64,000 nucleotides of DNA, from contig CAWCRS010000007.1 of NCBI GenBank assembly GCA_963798085.1, forward strand, positions 640,001 through 704,000. Direction: 5' to 3'. Source of the stretch: an uncultured Gemmatimonadales bacterium (lineage in GTDB: Bacteria; Gemmatimonadota; Gemmatimonadetes; Longimicrobiales; RSA9). The first letter of the stretch is position 1. Each line of letters begins with the position of its first letter. The notes beneath the pieces were generated by a model. That model saw only the letters and a program-made list of their open reading frames with translations, searched no databases and was not told the origin of the DNA. A program made the position numbers and the translations under genes. Below, piece by piece: positions 1-11,519 of this stretch.

Positions 1-96
1 CCTCCCCAGCCCCCGCGGCCCCTGTGTGAGAGAATCCGTCCTCCGACCTCTCCTCCACTCCATGCCGCATGAAAAACCAGCGCGCTGCAAACGCCT

Positions 97-1020
97 CTAA
101 CGCCACCTTACGGTGAACCGGTGGACGGGCGAGGACTGCCGGACATCCTCGAAGGCATAGTCCAGGATGATGCGGTCACCGATGAACCCGGCGCCCAGCG
201 TAATGGGGCGCAGGTCGGAGTCCTCGACCCAGCGGTAGCCCAGACGGGCGATGAACGTGCGGCCCGGCACCGGCCAGTACGCCACTTCGGCGCCGCCGCC
301 GGCGGCATACTGGTCGCCGCGCATCCAGGAACCGGCTGCGGCCAGCGAGACATCGAGCGGCCCCAGCTGGTCCGTGCGCGTGGATGCGCCCAGTGTCACC
401 GTGGTGGGCAGGCGGGCCGTGATGTCGGGGAACTCGGGCTGGCGCCCCAGATTGCGCGCCGAGATGCCGGCCGTGATGACGCCCAGGTTGTGCGCCACAC
501 CCACGTCCGCCGCCACGGTCGCATCGTGCTCCCCGGCAATACGCTGATCGATGAGCTTGCCGCCTGCACCCAGGCGGAAGCCATGGAAAGGCCGGGCGAA
601 TGCTGCCGTCACCACCTGCTCCGACGCATCGGCCGGGCCCGACGCATCCAGCCCCGCCTCGCCGCGCGCAAACGCACCCGACGCCAGGTCCGGCGCGCTG
701 TAGTTCAGCGACTGCACGCCCAGCGCGATGCCGCCGTGCCAGAAGTCGACTGCCGCCGCCGCGCTCAGCAACGTGCTGCCGCCAAAATGCGAAAGTGAGG
801 CACTGGCGCCGCGCGCATTGTCGACCAGCCCGGGATTGTAGAAGATCGCGTCCGCATCGGTGGAGCCGATGGTGTACGCATTGCCCAGCCCCAGCGCGCG
901 CGTGCTGCCCGGCAGCTGCAGCAGCAGCGGCACTGCCCGGTCCGTCTGCGCCCGCACCCGCCCGCTCCATCCCAGCCCGCCCAGCACCAGCACCAGCAGC
1001 ACCACACGCCTGATGCCCAT
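97..1020 (-). CDS. PorV/PorQ-like outer-membrane beta-barrel protein
   Basis: Signal peptide, then RALGLGNAY...DADAIFYNPG motif of PorV/FadL-like barrels; ends HRFTVRWR; AGGAGG RBS before ATG 1020. Confidence 0.7.
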   Translation of the reverse strand: MGIRRVVLLVLVLGGLGWSGRVRAQTDRAVPLLLQLPGSTRALGLGNAYTIGSTDADAIFYNPGLVDNARGASASLSHFGGSTLLSAAAAVDFWHGGIALGVQSLNYSAPDLASGAFARGEAGLDASGPADASEQVVTAAFARPFHGFRLGAGGKLIDQRIAGEHDATVAADVGVAHNLGVITAGISARNLGRQPEFPDITARLPTTVTLGASTRTDQLGPLDVSLAAAGSWMRGDQYAAGGGAEVAYWPVPGRTFIARLGYRWVEDSDLRPITLGAGFIGDRIILDYAFEDVRQSSPVHRFTVRWR

Positions 1021-1207
1021 CACCCCTCCTGGATTGCCGTAACTAACGATATGGTAAGATTGCCGACCCGGCCCCGTCGCTTCCCGGCACAACCAACTCA
1101 GCAACGCCATCCATTCCCTTTTCCCGCCCCGGCCCGGGCCCGAGCAACGCCTTCAGACTCGTCGCGGTTCCCGGCCCCAGGCCGAGCCCCAGCCCGGGCA
1201 ACGTGAT

Positions 1208-4021
1208 TCACTTCGTACTGACCGGCATGAGCGACACCCTGACATAGCGGTCCTTCACCAGCCAGTCCCGCGCGGCGCCCGCGATGCGTTGCGGCGTCAC
1301 CGCGTCGATGAGCGCGGGCGTGTTCAGGAACGTGCCCGGGTCGGTGCCCTGCAGTGCCGAGCCCACCAGCTGGTTGAGCCAGAAGCCGTTCTCCTTCATG
1401 CTGGTCTCGAACGTGCGCCGCTGGTTCTCCTGCACCTTCTGCAGCGTGGCGGAGTCGGGACCGGCGGTCTGCAGCTTTGCGATCTCCGTAAACACGACGT
1501 TAACAAGCGAGTCGAGGCGCTCGGGCGCGGCGCCGAAATCTACGGTGAACGAGTAGTGCGCCCAGGGATCCCGGGCGCCGGAGGCCTGCACGCTCACGTC
1601 GTACGTGCCGCCCAGCTCCTCGCGCAGCACCTCGCGCAGCCGGATCTCCAGCGCATCGCCCAGGGAGCGCAGCAGCAGCAGATTTTCGCGACTGTAATCG
1701 AGCGGACCCGTGAACACGATCGCGGTGCGACTCTTCGGCTCGGCGCCGCTGTGCACCACACGCGTGACGACGCCCGTGGGCGGGCGCTCGCCATCGTCCT
1801 TCCAGCTCTCCGTGCGGCGGCTGGATGGCAGGCCGCCCAGCCAGCGCAGCACGAGTGGTCGCACCGAGTCCGGCTGGAAGCTGCCCACCAGCACGAACGT
1901 GAAATCACTCGCATCAGCGAAGCGGTCGCGATACACGCGGAAGGCGCGCGTGCGGTCGATCTCGTCCAGCAGCGCGGGCGTCACCGGCCGGGAGCGCTGG
2001 TGATGCTGCGCCAGCGTCACGGTGAGCGTGTCGCTGAACGCCACCTCGGGACTGGCCTGCTGCTGCTCGACCACGCCGCGCAGCCGCGTCATCAGCGAGC
2101 GGAACGCGACACTGTCCTCACGCGGTGCGGTCATGGTGAGCCAGACCAGCTGGAGCAGCGTCTCCAGGTCCTTCGGTGACGCGCTGCCCAGCACCCCTTC
2201 CGTCAGGTCATCGATCGCCGGTTGCACGTTCACGGCCTTGCCGGCCAGCACCTTCTGCAGCTGTGTCGCATCGAAGCTGCCCAGCCCGCTGAAGCGCACC
2301 AGCGTGGTGCTGAAGCCGCCGGACACGTAATCGGAATCGGAGACCAGCGAGAGACCGCCCGGACTGAAGCCGCGCACCAGCACTTCGTCGGCCTTGAAGT
2401 CGGTGGGTTTGAGCAGCACGCGCACGCCGTTGGACAGCCGCCACTCCGTAACACCCACGTTATCGTAGCGGCGCTCACTGGTGATGGTGCCGGGCGAGGG
2501 CGGTGCCGGCACCAGCGCCTCGACGGCCACCACGTCGTGGTAGGGCGCGATATCCTTCTGCTGCACTTTCGTGAAGGCGGCCAGCAGGTCGGCCCCCGAG
2601 GGCAGCGTCTGCCCCGCCTTCTTCGGCGCCTGCACCACTACCACGCGGTTAGCGGCCGTCATCCACACACCGGCCAGCGCATTGACGTCGGCCAGCGTGA
2701 TGGCCGGCAGGTACTCGCGCACCAGGTCGTATTCCAGAGTGATGCCGGGCACGCCTTCGCCCTCGAGGAAATGGCGGGCATACTCGTCGGCGTAGTCGCT
2801 CGATTCCGTCTTGTCGCGCTCCGCGAACGCCGACTCGTAGTAGCGCAGCATGTCGCTCTTCTCGCGCTGCAGCTCGGTGGCCGTGAAACCGTGCCGGGCG
2901 ACGCGCGCAGCTTCCGTCAGAATGGCATCGAGACCGCGCAGGATCTCACCCTCGCGCACGGCCGCGCCCACCGAATAGGCGCCGCGCGTGCGCACCAGCG
3001 CGCCTTCCGTGGAACTGGCGCCGACGAAGGGCGGATCCGCCTGCTGCGCCAGCTCGCCCAGCCGCGCGTTCAGCATGCCGTTGTAGAGCTGCGCGACCAG
3101 CGACCGGCGGTAGGCGGCAAACGTGCCCGTCGGCGCCACCGGCTGGCCGTAATAGACGTTGACGCTCGTGCCCGTGGCTTCCGGATCCGTGGCCACCACC
3201 ACCTGCGGCGAAGGGTGGTCGCTCACCGGGAAATTCGCCCTCGCCCGCTCCTTCGTCGGATTGCGCAGCGGCGTGAATTTCTGGCGTATCATCGATTCCA
3301 CGCGCGCCGCATCGAAGTCGCCCACCGCCACCACGGCCATGAGGTCGGGGCGGTACCAGTCGTTGTAGAAACGCAGCAGCACGGGCCGCTTGAAGGTCTC
3401 GATGGATTCCTTCGTGCCGATGGGCAGGCGCACCGCGTAGCGCGAGCCGCCGAACAGCACGGGGAACACCTGGTCGCGCAGGCGAGCGCCCGCACCCTGC
3501 CCCAGACGCCACTCTTCGACGACGACACCGCGCTCCTTCTCCACCTCCGTGGAATCGAAGCTCACTTCATGCGCCCAGTCCTCGAGGATCTGCACCCCCC
3601 GCTCCAGAGCCGAGCCCGTGTCCGTGGGGACCGTCAGCACGTAGACCGTCTCGTCGAAGCCCGTATAGGCGTTCAGGTCGGCGCCAAACTGCATACCAAT
3701 GGACTCGAGATAGTTGACCAGCTCCTGTTTCCTGAAGTGCGCCGTGCCGTTGAACGACATATGCTCGACCACGTGCGCCAGACCGAGCTGATCATCGTCC
3801 TCGAGTACGGAGCCCGCATTGACCACCAGCATCAGCTGGGCGCGCTTCTCCGGCTTCGTATTCGCGCGCACGAAGTATTGCAGCCCGTTGTCGAGACGAC
3901 CCGCGCGCACAAGCGGATCGAGCGGGATGGGCGCCTTCGGGTCGCGCTGCTGTCCCGCGGCGAAACTGGCGGAGGCCAGCAGGCAGAGCGGGACCAGCAC
4001 CAGGGGTCGAATTCGTCGCAT
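1208..4021 (-). CDS. M16 family zinc protease (PqqL-like, insulinase)
   Basis: Inverted zinc motif HVVEH in GLAHVVEHMSFNGT, NAYTGFDETVY, second half LSNGVRVLLKPT; signal peptide; GGAG RBS. Confidence 0.92.
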   Translation of the reverse strand: MRRIRPLVLVPLCLLASASFAAGQQRDPKAPIPLDPLVRAGRLDNGLQYFVRANTKPEKRAQLMLVVNAGSVLEDDDQLGLAHVVEHMSFNGTAHFRKQELVNYLESIGMQFGADLNAYTGFDETVYVLTVPTDTGSALERGVQILEDWAHEVSFDSTEVEKERGVVVEEWRLGQGAGARLRDQVFPVLFGGSRYAVRLPIGTKESIETFKRPVLLRFYNDWYRPDLMAVVAVGDFDAARVESMIRQKFTPLRNPTKERARANFPVSDHPSPQVVVATDPEATGTSVNVYYGQPVAPTGTFAAYRRSLVAQLYNGMLNARLGELAQQADPPFVGASSTEGALVRTRGAYSVGAAVREGEILRGLDAILTEAARVARHGFTATELQREKSDMLRYYESAFAERDKTESSDYADEYARHFLEGEGVPGITLEYDLVREYLPAITLADVNALAGVWMTAANRVVVVQAPKKAGQTLPSGADLLAAFTKVQQKDIAPYHDVVAVEALVPAPPSPGTITSERRYDNVGVTEWRLSNGVRVLLKPTDFKADEVLVRGFSPGGLSLVSDSDYVSGGFSTTLVRFSGLGSFDATQLQKVLAGKAVNVQPAIDDLTEGVLGSASPKDLETLLQLVWLTMTAPREDSVAFRSLMTRLRGVVEQQQASPEVAFSDTLTVTLAQHHQRSRPVTPALLDEIDRTRAFRVYRDRFADASDFTFVLVGSFQPDSVRPLVLRWLGGLPSSRRTESWKDDGERPPTGVVTRVVHSGAEPKSRTAIVFTGPLDYSRENLLLLRSLGDALEIRLREVLREELGGTYDVSVQASGARDPWAHYSFTVDFGAAPERLDSLVNVVFTEIAKLQTAGPDSATLQKVQENQRRTFETSMKENGFWLNQLVGSALQGTDPGTFLNTPALIDAVTPQRIAGAARDWLVKDRYVRVSLMPVSTK

Positions 4022-4314
4022 TGCTGCTCCCGTTAACGCTGGCGTGAACGCTGGAACGGGTGCCTGCGACGCGTCCGTGATGCGCCGCGTGCCGCTGCTG
4101 CCACCCGCCCGGTGCCGCTTGACAGGCCGCACCGCGCGGGGAAGTTACCGCAGCGGTTGTTGCCGGGGGAAGTCGGCCGGGGTGAAGCCTGCGCCCGGCG
4201 GGGCGTGTGTCCTTCCCATCGAGCACAGTGCCGCCGCGCAGAATCGGCGCATCCCGCCATGTCGCGAACGCTGGATGCGCAGCATCGTTCACTGCGAAGG
4301 GATTCGAGACGACA

Positions 4315-4860
4315 ATGAACGACACGGTTCCCGTCGTGGCCCTGGCGGGGCGGCGGGTGGATGCGCCCGATGCGCCTCCCCGCTTTCCGGCGACACAGGT
4401 AGCAGTCGTGCGCGATCGCCTGCGCGCCCTGTTCCAGGATATCGGAGCCGGTACGCTCGTGTGCTCGGGCGCCTGCGGTGCGGACCTCACCGCGCTCGAG
4501 GTCGCCGGCGAACTGGGTATGCACCGGCGTGTCGTGCTGCCGTTTCCACGCGACCGGTTCCGCGCCACGTCCGTCGTGGACCGCGGCGAGGCATGGGGCA
4601 ATGTGTACGATCGCGTGCTGGGCCAGCTGCCGCGCGTCGACGTCGTCGAGCTGGGCCTGGCCGAAGGCGATGCCGCATACGCGCGCGCCAACCAGGCCAT
4701 TCTCAATGAGGCTGTGCAGCTCGCCGGCAATGACTCGCCGGTGGCGGTGATTGTGTGGGAAGGCGAGCCACGCGGCCACGGCGACATGACGCAGAATTTC
4801 GCCAGCGCCGCACGCGAACGCGGCATGTCCGTGCGCGAGGTGCGTACTCGCGACGCCTGA
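4315..4860 (+). CDS. Standalone SLOG-like (nucleotide-binding fold) domain protein
   Basis: ALAGRRVDAPD..PRFP, CSGACGADL, RRVVLPF, YARANQAIL and VIVWEG segments resemble the SLOG-type domain found fused to TPR/cyclase proteins. Confidence 0.55.
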   Translation: MNDTVPVVALAGRRVDAPDAPPRFPATQVAVVRDRLRALFQDIGAGTLVCSGACGADLTALEVAGELGMHRRVVLPFPRDRFRATSVVDRGEAWGNVYDRVLGQLPRVDVVELGLAEGDAAYARANQAILNEAVQLAGNDSPVAVIVWEGEPRGHGDMTQNFASAARERGMSVREVRTRDA

Positions 4861-5023
4861 GTTCGCGCGGGCGTCCAACGGGCGAGCATCGGGCGAGCCA
4901 TCCCAACACGGCCGTCGGATCGCGCCAACGCGCTCATGTCGGGCAGCGTCGCGCCGAGACTGTCAGGAGATTCCTGACCTGGGCGACGGGCAGGCCGCGA
5001 AGTGGCGGTCCCGGGGGTGGAGC

Positions 5024-6382
5024 ATGAAACGATCACTGCGTGCGCTGCTGGCCGCACTCGGCTGCCTCATGGCGGAGGCCGCCGCGGTCCGCGCACAGGT
5101 CGTGGCCTCACACCCGCCCGAGTTCTCACACACCCTGGCAGTCGCCACCTTCGACAGCGCCTGGGATCGCATCTACCACACGCATTACGACAGCACTTTC
5201 CATGGCGTGGACTGGCATGCCGTGCGCACCGAGTTGCGCCCGCGCGCCGAACAGGCGGGATCGCTTGCCGAGCTGCGTCAGGTTCTGCGCGACATGCTGG
5301 CGAGGCTCGGCGAATCGCACTACACGCTGATTCCCGGCGAGCTCGCGGATGCCATGGAGGCGGACCGTCCGGCCAGCGAAAGCGACAACGGGTATCCCGG
5401 CGATCTCGGTCTGGAGCTGCGCCTGGTGGATGGGCGGCTCGCCGTCTTCCGCGTCGATTCGACCGGGCCCGCGGCCGTCGCGGGAGTGCACGCGGGCTGG
5501 GTCGTAGAAGCAATCGGCGAGTGGCGGCCCGCGGAAGCGCTGCAGCGCCTCGCTGGCTTGGCCGGCACGGAGCAGAGGAACGCACGCACGCAGTTCCTGT
5601 ACAGCGCGAATGCTCAGGCGGAGGGCACGTCGGGCACCCTTGCGGTGCTGCAGCTGCGCGATGGCGAGGACCGCAGCCGGTCGCTCAGGATCCCCCGCCG
5701 CCGCCGTCCGGGCGAGCCCATCCATTTTGGCAATCTGCCCACTTTCATTGCGAAACTCGACCATGTCCGACTGGCGGACGGCTCGGGTTGCGTCGGGATC
5801 ATCCGTTTCAATGTCTGGATGGTCCCCCTGATGCACGACTTCGATCAGGCGGTCGATGACGTCCGGGACTGCCGCGGCATCGTGCTCGATATCCGCGGCA
5901 ATCCAGGCGGTGTGGCTGGCATGGTGATGGGCGTGTCCGGACACTTCCTGAACCAGCCGACCTCGCTGGGCACCATGCGGCAGCGCGGCAATTCCCTCGA
6001 TTTCGTGGCCAATCCTCGCCGTGTGGACACCCACGCGCGTGCCGTGGAGCCGTTTGCGGGTCGGCTGGCCGTGCTCATCGACGGCATGAGCGTCAGCACC
6101 TCCGAGATCTTCGCCGGCGGTATGCAGGCGATCGGCCGCGCCCGCGTCTTCGGCGAAACCTCCGCCGGGCAGGCGTTGCCCGCCGGACTGGTGCGCCTGC
6201 CCGATGGCGACGTGCTCATGCACGTGCTCGCGGACTTCACGGCGGCTGGTGGCACGCGCATTGAAGGAAAGGGCGTTACTCCGGACCAGGCTGTGGTACT
6301 GCACCGCGCTGATCTCCTTGCCGGTCGTGACCCGACGCTGGAGGCGGCACTGACCTGGATCCACGCAGATTCGACGCGCTGA
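5024..6382 (+). CDS. S41 family C-terminal processing peptidase with PDZ-like domain
   Basis: LDIRGNPGG, S.STSEIFAGGMQ, GETSAG, IEGKGVTPD motifs; signal peptide. Confidence 0.9.
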   Translation: MKRSLRALLAALGCLMAEAAAVRAQVVASHPPEFSHTLAVATFDSAWDRIYHTHYDSTFHGVDWHAVRTELRPRAEQAGSLAELRQVLRDMLARLGESHYTLIPGELADAMEADRPASESDNGYPGDLGLELRLVDGRLAVFRVDSTGPAAVAGVHAGWVVEAIGEWRPAEALQRLAGLAGTEQRNARTQFLYSANAQAEGTSGTLAVLQLRDGEDRSRSLRIPRRRRPGEPIHFGNLPTFIAKLDHVRLADGSGCVGIIRFNVWMVPLMHDFDQAVDDVRDCRGIVLDIRGNPGGVAGMVMGVSGHFLNQPTSLGTMRQRGNSLDFVANPRRVDTHARAVEPFAGRLAVLIDGMSVSTSEIFAGGMQAIGRARVFGETSAGQALPAGLVRLPDGDVLMHVLADFTAAGGTRIEGKGVTPDQAVVLHRADLLAGRDPTLEAALTWIHADSTR

Positions 6383-6496
6383 GCTGCCATGCGTAGAGGC
6401 TCAATGCAGAGTATGGCGCTGCAGACCCGTCGGCCGTTACTGTGCGCTCGTGCCGGGAACCATTCCCGCTGGGGCGCCCAAACGAGGAGACGTCAC

Positions 6497-7270
6497 ATGC
6501 AACCAATGGTCGAGCGGGCGACGAAGCCCGTCCGCACTTTCGTCGTCATGGCCGCCTTCACTGCCGTGCTGCCGCTCCGGTTGCTGGCGCAGGCGCCGCT
6601 GCCTGCGGCCCGCTATCTCCTGGACCGGCACCTCGCAATGACCAACAGCCGGCTGCTCATGCAGCGCGGCGTCGTGCACACGACGGGCACCTTCAGCATG
6701 ACCTCCATGGGCACCACGGGCGACCTGGAGGTGATCCACGCGCAGCCGAACCGCACCCTGATGCGCGTGACACTGCCAGGCCTGGGCGAGATCCGCACTG
6801 GTTTCGATGGCCAGGTCGGCTGGTCCATGAACGCCATGGAAGGGCCCCGGCTCATGAGCGGCGCCGAGCTGACGCAGATCCGCGATGAAGCCGACTTCGG
6901 CAGCAACGTGCGTGATTCCTCGCTGTTCGCCACCATGGAAACGGTGGAGAAGACCGAGATGGGTGGTGTGCCGTGCTACAAGGTGCGTCTGGCCTGGAAA
7001 TCGGGACGCGAGACCTTCGACTGCTACGCCGTGGACAGCGGTCTCCTCGTGGGCAGCGTCGTGAAGACGCAGACCGCCATGGGCGCGGTGGACGCGGTGA
7101 TCCTGTTCAGCGATTATCGCGACTTCGATGGCGTGAAGATGCCCGTCACCAGCACGCAGCAGGCCTTCGGGCAGACCATGGTGATGAAAGTGAACCGCGT
7201 GACATACGAGCCTGTCGAGGCTTCCGTCTTCGACCTGCCCGCCGAGATCCGGGCGCTCGTGCACAAGTAA
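6497..7270 (+). CDS. Secreted LolA-like / outer-membrane lipoprotein-sorting fold protein
   Basis: Signal peptide; GFDGQVGW, CYKVRL, FSDYRDFDGVKMP and C-terminal FDLP pattern; AGGAG RBS. Confidence 0.55.
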   Translation: MQPMVERATKPVRTFVVMAAFTAVLPLRLLAQAPLPAARYLLDRHLAMTNSRLLMQRGVVHTTGTFSMTSMGTTGDLEVIHAQPNRTLMRVTLPGLGEIRTGFDGQVGWSMNAMEGPRLMSGAELTQIRDEADFGSNVRDSSLFATMETVEKTEMGGVPCYKVRLAWKSGRETFDCYAVDSGLLVGSVVKTQTAMGAVDAVILFSDYRDFDGVKMPVTSTQQAFGQTMVMKVNRVTYEPVEASVFDLPAEIRALVHK

Positions 7271-8457
7271 TGCGGCGGCCGTCGCGGGCAGGAAGCCCGC
7301 CGCCGGGCCAGAACGACGCAGCCGTCCACATTGATGCCGACATCGCGCGCGCGGGCACACTGCCCGCGCGCGTTTATCATGATAACACGCTGTTCGAGCT
7401 GCAGAAGGAGCGCATCTTCGCCCGCACCTGGCAGCTGGCGGGCGAGGCGGAGCGTGTGCGCGCGCCCGGTCACGTGCTGCCCTTCACGCTGCTCGAGGGC
7501 TGCCTCGACGAACCCCTCGTGCTCTCCCGCGATGAGAGCGGCGCGCTGCACTGTCTGTCCAACGTGTGCACGCACCGGGGCGCCCTGGTGGTGGAGGGCG
7601 AAGGGCATCTGCACGGGCTGCGCTGCCGCTACCACGGCCGGCGCTACGGGCTAGATGGCCGTTTCCATTCGATGCCCGAATTCGACAATGTGCCGGACTT
7701 CCCCACGGCCGCGGACGATCTGCCGCGGCTGCCCGTGAGGTACTGGGGACCGTTCGCCTTCACCGCGCTGGCTGCGGCCTTTCCGTTCGATGCGTGGATC
7801 GCGCCCGTGCGCGAGCGTGTCGATTTCCTCGATCCGGCCGGCTTCGTGTTCGACGCCGCCACCTCGCGTGATTACACGATTGATGCTAACTGGGCGTTAT
7901 ACGTCGACAACTATCTCGAAGAGTTTCACATCCCGTACGTGCACGGCGCCAGCCTGGGCGACAAGCTGGATTACGGCGCCTACCGCACAGAGCTGTTCCG
8001 CTGGGGCAGCCTGCAGCTGGGCGTGGCGCGACCCGGCGAAGATGCGTTCACGCTGCCCGCCGATCACCCGCACGGCCAGGAGCGCATCGCCGCATTCTAC
8101 TTCTGGCTGTTTCCCAACCTCATGCTGAACTTCTATCCGTGGGGGCTTTCCGTGAACGTCGTGCGGCCCCTGGCCGCCGATCGTACGCGCGTCTCGTTCC
8201 TGTCATGGGTGCACGATGCCAGCCGGCGCGGCACCGGCGCCGGCGCCGATCTGCACCGCGTCGAGATGGAAGACGAAGAAGTGGTCGAGTCCGTGCAGCG
8301 CGGCGTCCGTTCCCGCCTCTACGAACGCGGCCGCTACTCCCCTCGCCGCGAAGTCGGAACCCATCACTTCCATCGCCTGCTCGCGGAATTCCTCGGCGCC
8401 GAGCCTGCCGACGGTCAGACCACGGCCAGGGACGGAGAGGCCACGCCCGGCGCCTGA
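7270..8457 (+). CDS. Rieske ring-hydroxylating oxygenase alpha subunit (choline monooxygenase-like)
   Basis: Rieske CTH...CRYH ligands; mononuclear Fe motif DNYLEEFHIPYVH; ATG overlaps the upstream TAA. Confidence 0.9.
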   Translation: MRRPSRAGSPPPGQNDAAVHIDADIARAGTLPARVYHDNTLFELQKERIFARTWQLAGEAERVRAPGHVLPFTLLEGCLDEPLVLSRDESGALHCLSNVCTHRGALVVEGEGHLHGLRCRYHGRRYGLDGRFHSMPEFDNVPDFPTAADDLPRLPVRYWGPFAFTALAAAFPFDAWIAPVRERVDFLDPAGFVFDAATSRDYTIDANWALYVDNYLEEFHIPYVHGASLGDKLDYGAYRTELFRWGSLQLGVARPGEDAFTLPADHPHGQERIAAFYFWLFPNLMLNFYPWGLSVNVVRPLAADRTRVSFLSWVHDASRRGTGAGADLHRVEMEDEEVVESVQRGVRSRLYERGRYSPRREVGTHHFHRLLAEFLGAEPADGQTTARDGEATPGA

Positions 8458-8660
8458 CCGTTACCCTCCTGACAGTTCGCGATGCACGCACGTGTCGCTT
8501 CGCGCACCCCATTCCCGCCTTTACAGTCAACACCGCGGATCACGCTCTGTGCGACCGGGTGCGCGCCCGGTAGATTGCGCGCCCATCACCTGTCCGGGCG
8601 AAGTCCGACCACATTCACGCTGCTGGACGGCCCCACGGCCGCGACCGGGACTCTGCGAAC

Positions 8661-11244
8661 ATGAACCGCGACACCTGTCTGCGTCTGGCCCGGCTGCTTG
8701 CATTCACCGCCCCGTTGCTGGGCGCGCCGGCACTCGTGCACGCACAAGCGACGCCGCTCCCGGCGTGGGCCGACAGTTTCGTGGTCATTGCACCGGGCGC
8801 GCAGTACGCCAGGGGCGGCCTGCTGCGCCTGCTGCTGGGTGGGCACAACCGGGACCTGTGGGCCACGAAGATCCGCGTGCCGGTCATCAATCTGCAGCGC
8901 TACGCCGGCGGTCTCACGGAGCTGCTCGCACACTCCGGCAGCCAGACGAAATCGGTTCGCTTCCAGGGCGCCGATGGCCGTACCTACCAGTTCCGCAGTG
9001 TGGACAAGGATCCCACCGCACTGCTCGCACCCGAACTGCAGCGTACGGCGGTGGCGAAAACACTGCAGGACGGCGTCAGCTCATCGCAGCCGGTAGGCTC
9101 TCTCATCGCCAGCGCATTGCTGCAGGCGGCCGGTGTGCTGCATGTGGACCAGACGCTGGCGGTACTGCCCGATGATCCCGCGCTGGGCGATGCACGCAAG
9201 GATTTCGCGGGCGTCTTCGGCATGATGGAAGTGCGGCCGGACGAGAACGACGACGAGAGCGCGGCGTTCGCGGGCGCACGCAGAGTCATCTCGCCCACCC
9301 GCCTCTTCGAGCGCATTCGACCGCAGTCCCGACGATCGCGTGGATGCGCGCGCATTCCTTGTCGCGAGGCTCATGGACATCTTCATGGGTGACCGCGACC
9401 GTCACCGCGACCAGTTCCGCTGGGCCAGCTTCTCCGACTCGACGCCCACGTTCTGGCAGCCCATTTCCCGCGACCACGACGAAGCGTTCGTGAAGATCGA
9501 CGGGCCCGTTCTCGACATTGCCGCCATCGACTATCCACCGCTGGTCAACTTCACCGAGGACTATCCGCCGCATTTGCGCCTGAACTGGCACTCGCGCGAG
9601 ATCGACCGCCGCTTCCTGGTCGGGCTGGATCGCCACGCCTGGGATTCCGTGGCCACCGCATTGCAGGCGACGCTCACCGATGCCGTAATCGACGACGCGG
9701 TCCGCAAGCTGCCGCCCGAGATGTATGCCGTGGCCGGCGCGCGCCTCGCGCGCATCCTGCGGGTGCGCCGCGACAAGCTGGTGGACGAGGCGCTCAGCTA
9801 CTACCGCTTCCTGGCGGGCGAGGTCGAGATCCACGCCACGGACGCGGCCGAGGTCGCCACCATCACACGCGTGGATGAACACGCGCTCGACCTGAGCATC
9901 CGCGAGCGGCGCGCGTCCGCGCCCTGGTTCCAGCGCCGCTTCGACGACCGCGAGACCCGCGAGATCCGGCTGCGCCTGTGGGGCCGCGATGACAGTGTGT
10001 TAGTGAGCGGCCCGGGCAGCGCCAACATTCGCGTGCGTGTGGTGGGTGGCAAGGGCGACGACGTGCTGGTCGACTCCGCGCGCACCGGCTACCTGCGCTA
10101 CTACGACGATGCCGGTGACAACCGTGTCGTCTCCGGCAACGGGCTGCGCATTAACAGCAAGCCGTACCAGGAGTGGGTGGGCAACGACACCGTGCGCTAC
10201 CCGCCGCGCGAATGGGGAACCTGGTGGCGCCCGCTGCCCTGGATCACGGCTTCCTCCGATCTCGGCCTCTTCATTGGGGGCGGCTTCGTACGCACCGAGT
10301 ACGGATTCCGCAGGGCGCCCTGGGCTTCGAACATTGATGCGCGCGTGGGCTATGCCACGAGCGCGGCTGCGCCGCGGGCGGAGCTGAATGCCGACGTGCG
10401 TCGCGAGAATGCCTCGCTCTTCTGGCGCCTCAACCTCTACGCCTCCGGCATCGAGGTGCTGCGCTACTACGGTCCGGGCAACGCCTCGGACTCCACCGGC
10501 GGCGTCGAATTCCACAAGGTGGACCAGCAGCAGTACGCCGTGCGGCCATCGCTCGCGCTGCCGCTGGGCAAATCGGCCGAGCTGTCCGTGGGACCTATGC
10601 TGCGCTGGTCTCACACCGGCGCCAACGAAGGACGCTTCATTGCCGGCATCCGCGACACGCTCTATGGCGCCGGCGACTTCGGCGAGGTCGGTGCGCGCGC
10701 GGGCTTCTCGCTGGACACGCGCGACAAGGCAGCGAACCCGCGCAGCGGCGTGCACCTGCGCACAGAGGCGCGCGTGGTGCCCGCTGTCTGGGACGCGACC
10801 TCGTCCTATGGTTCGCTCGAGGGCGAAGCCGCCACGTATCTGAGCGCCAGCCTGCCGACCACGCCTGTGCTCGCGCTCCGCGCCGGCGCCAGCAAGCTCT
10901 GGGGCACCTTCCCCTTCGAGGACGCCGCCTTCCTCGGCGGCCGGGCCACGCTGCGCGGCTTCCCGCAGCAGCGCTTTGCCGGCGATGCCGCTACCTGGGG
11001 CAGCGCCGAGCTGCGCCTGTCGCTCACACGCACCTACATCTTCCTGCCTGCACTCTGGGGCCTATTCGGCGGCGGCGATGCCGGCCGTGTCTGGGTGAAC
11101 GGCGATTCTCCAGGGGGCTGGCACACCGATGCCGGCGGCGGCATCTGGATCGCCTTCCTCGATCGCGCCAACACGCTCACGTTCGGCTTCTCCCTCAGCC
11201 CGGAGCGCACCGCCATCTACGCAGGCATGGGCTTCGCCTTCTGA
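8661..11244 (+). CDS. BamA/TamA (Omp85) family outer-membrane protein with large N-terminal domain; frameshift near 9320
   Basis: ORFs 8661-9392 and 9340-11244 join (FRSVDKDP; DRDRHRDQFRW); C-terminal LGG..TLRGFPQQRFAGD and terminal GFAF. Confidence 0.75.
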
Positions 11245-11439
11245 GGGGTCACCACAATAGTCCGAGGTGCGACGTGCCGATAATTGGAGCCGGAGCAGCG
11301 CGCAGCGTCGTCGCCTGAATTCCATCACGGCACGCGGCGTGACGCCGGAAAAAACGTTCGTTTCAAGCGCAGTAAATAGTCTCCATCCGCGCCGATCCAG
11401 GCCCCGTGCCGGTCCCTATCCAGGCTTCGCAATAATCCT

Positions 11440-11519
11440 GTAATTCATTTATATGCATTGATTTGCCCGTATCCGGACAGCCCCGGATGCGGGCGTTTTT
11501 GCAGAGGTATGCGTTGTGC
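11440..11519 (+). promoter_or_regulatory. Putative IHF-like AT-rich palindrome (11440-11466) plus sigma54 -24/-12 element (GG 11506-7, GC 11518-9)
   Basis: gtaattcatt-N7-attgatttgc; aGGtatgcgttgtGCc has exact GG-N10-GC spacing; upstream of fliA. Confidence 0.4.

Noticed and set aside
1125..1205. GC-rich hexamer-like repeats ending gcaacg
   Set aside because: Short, degenerate low-complexity sequence that cannot be assigned.
8460..8660. Riboswitch or ncRNA in intergenic regions (also 13690-13820 and 14180-14440)
   Set aside because: No recognisable conserved motif; an Rfam/Infernal scan would be needed. No tRNA or rRNA seen.
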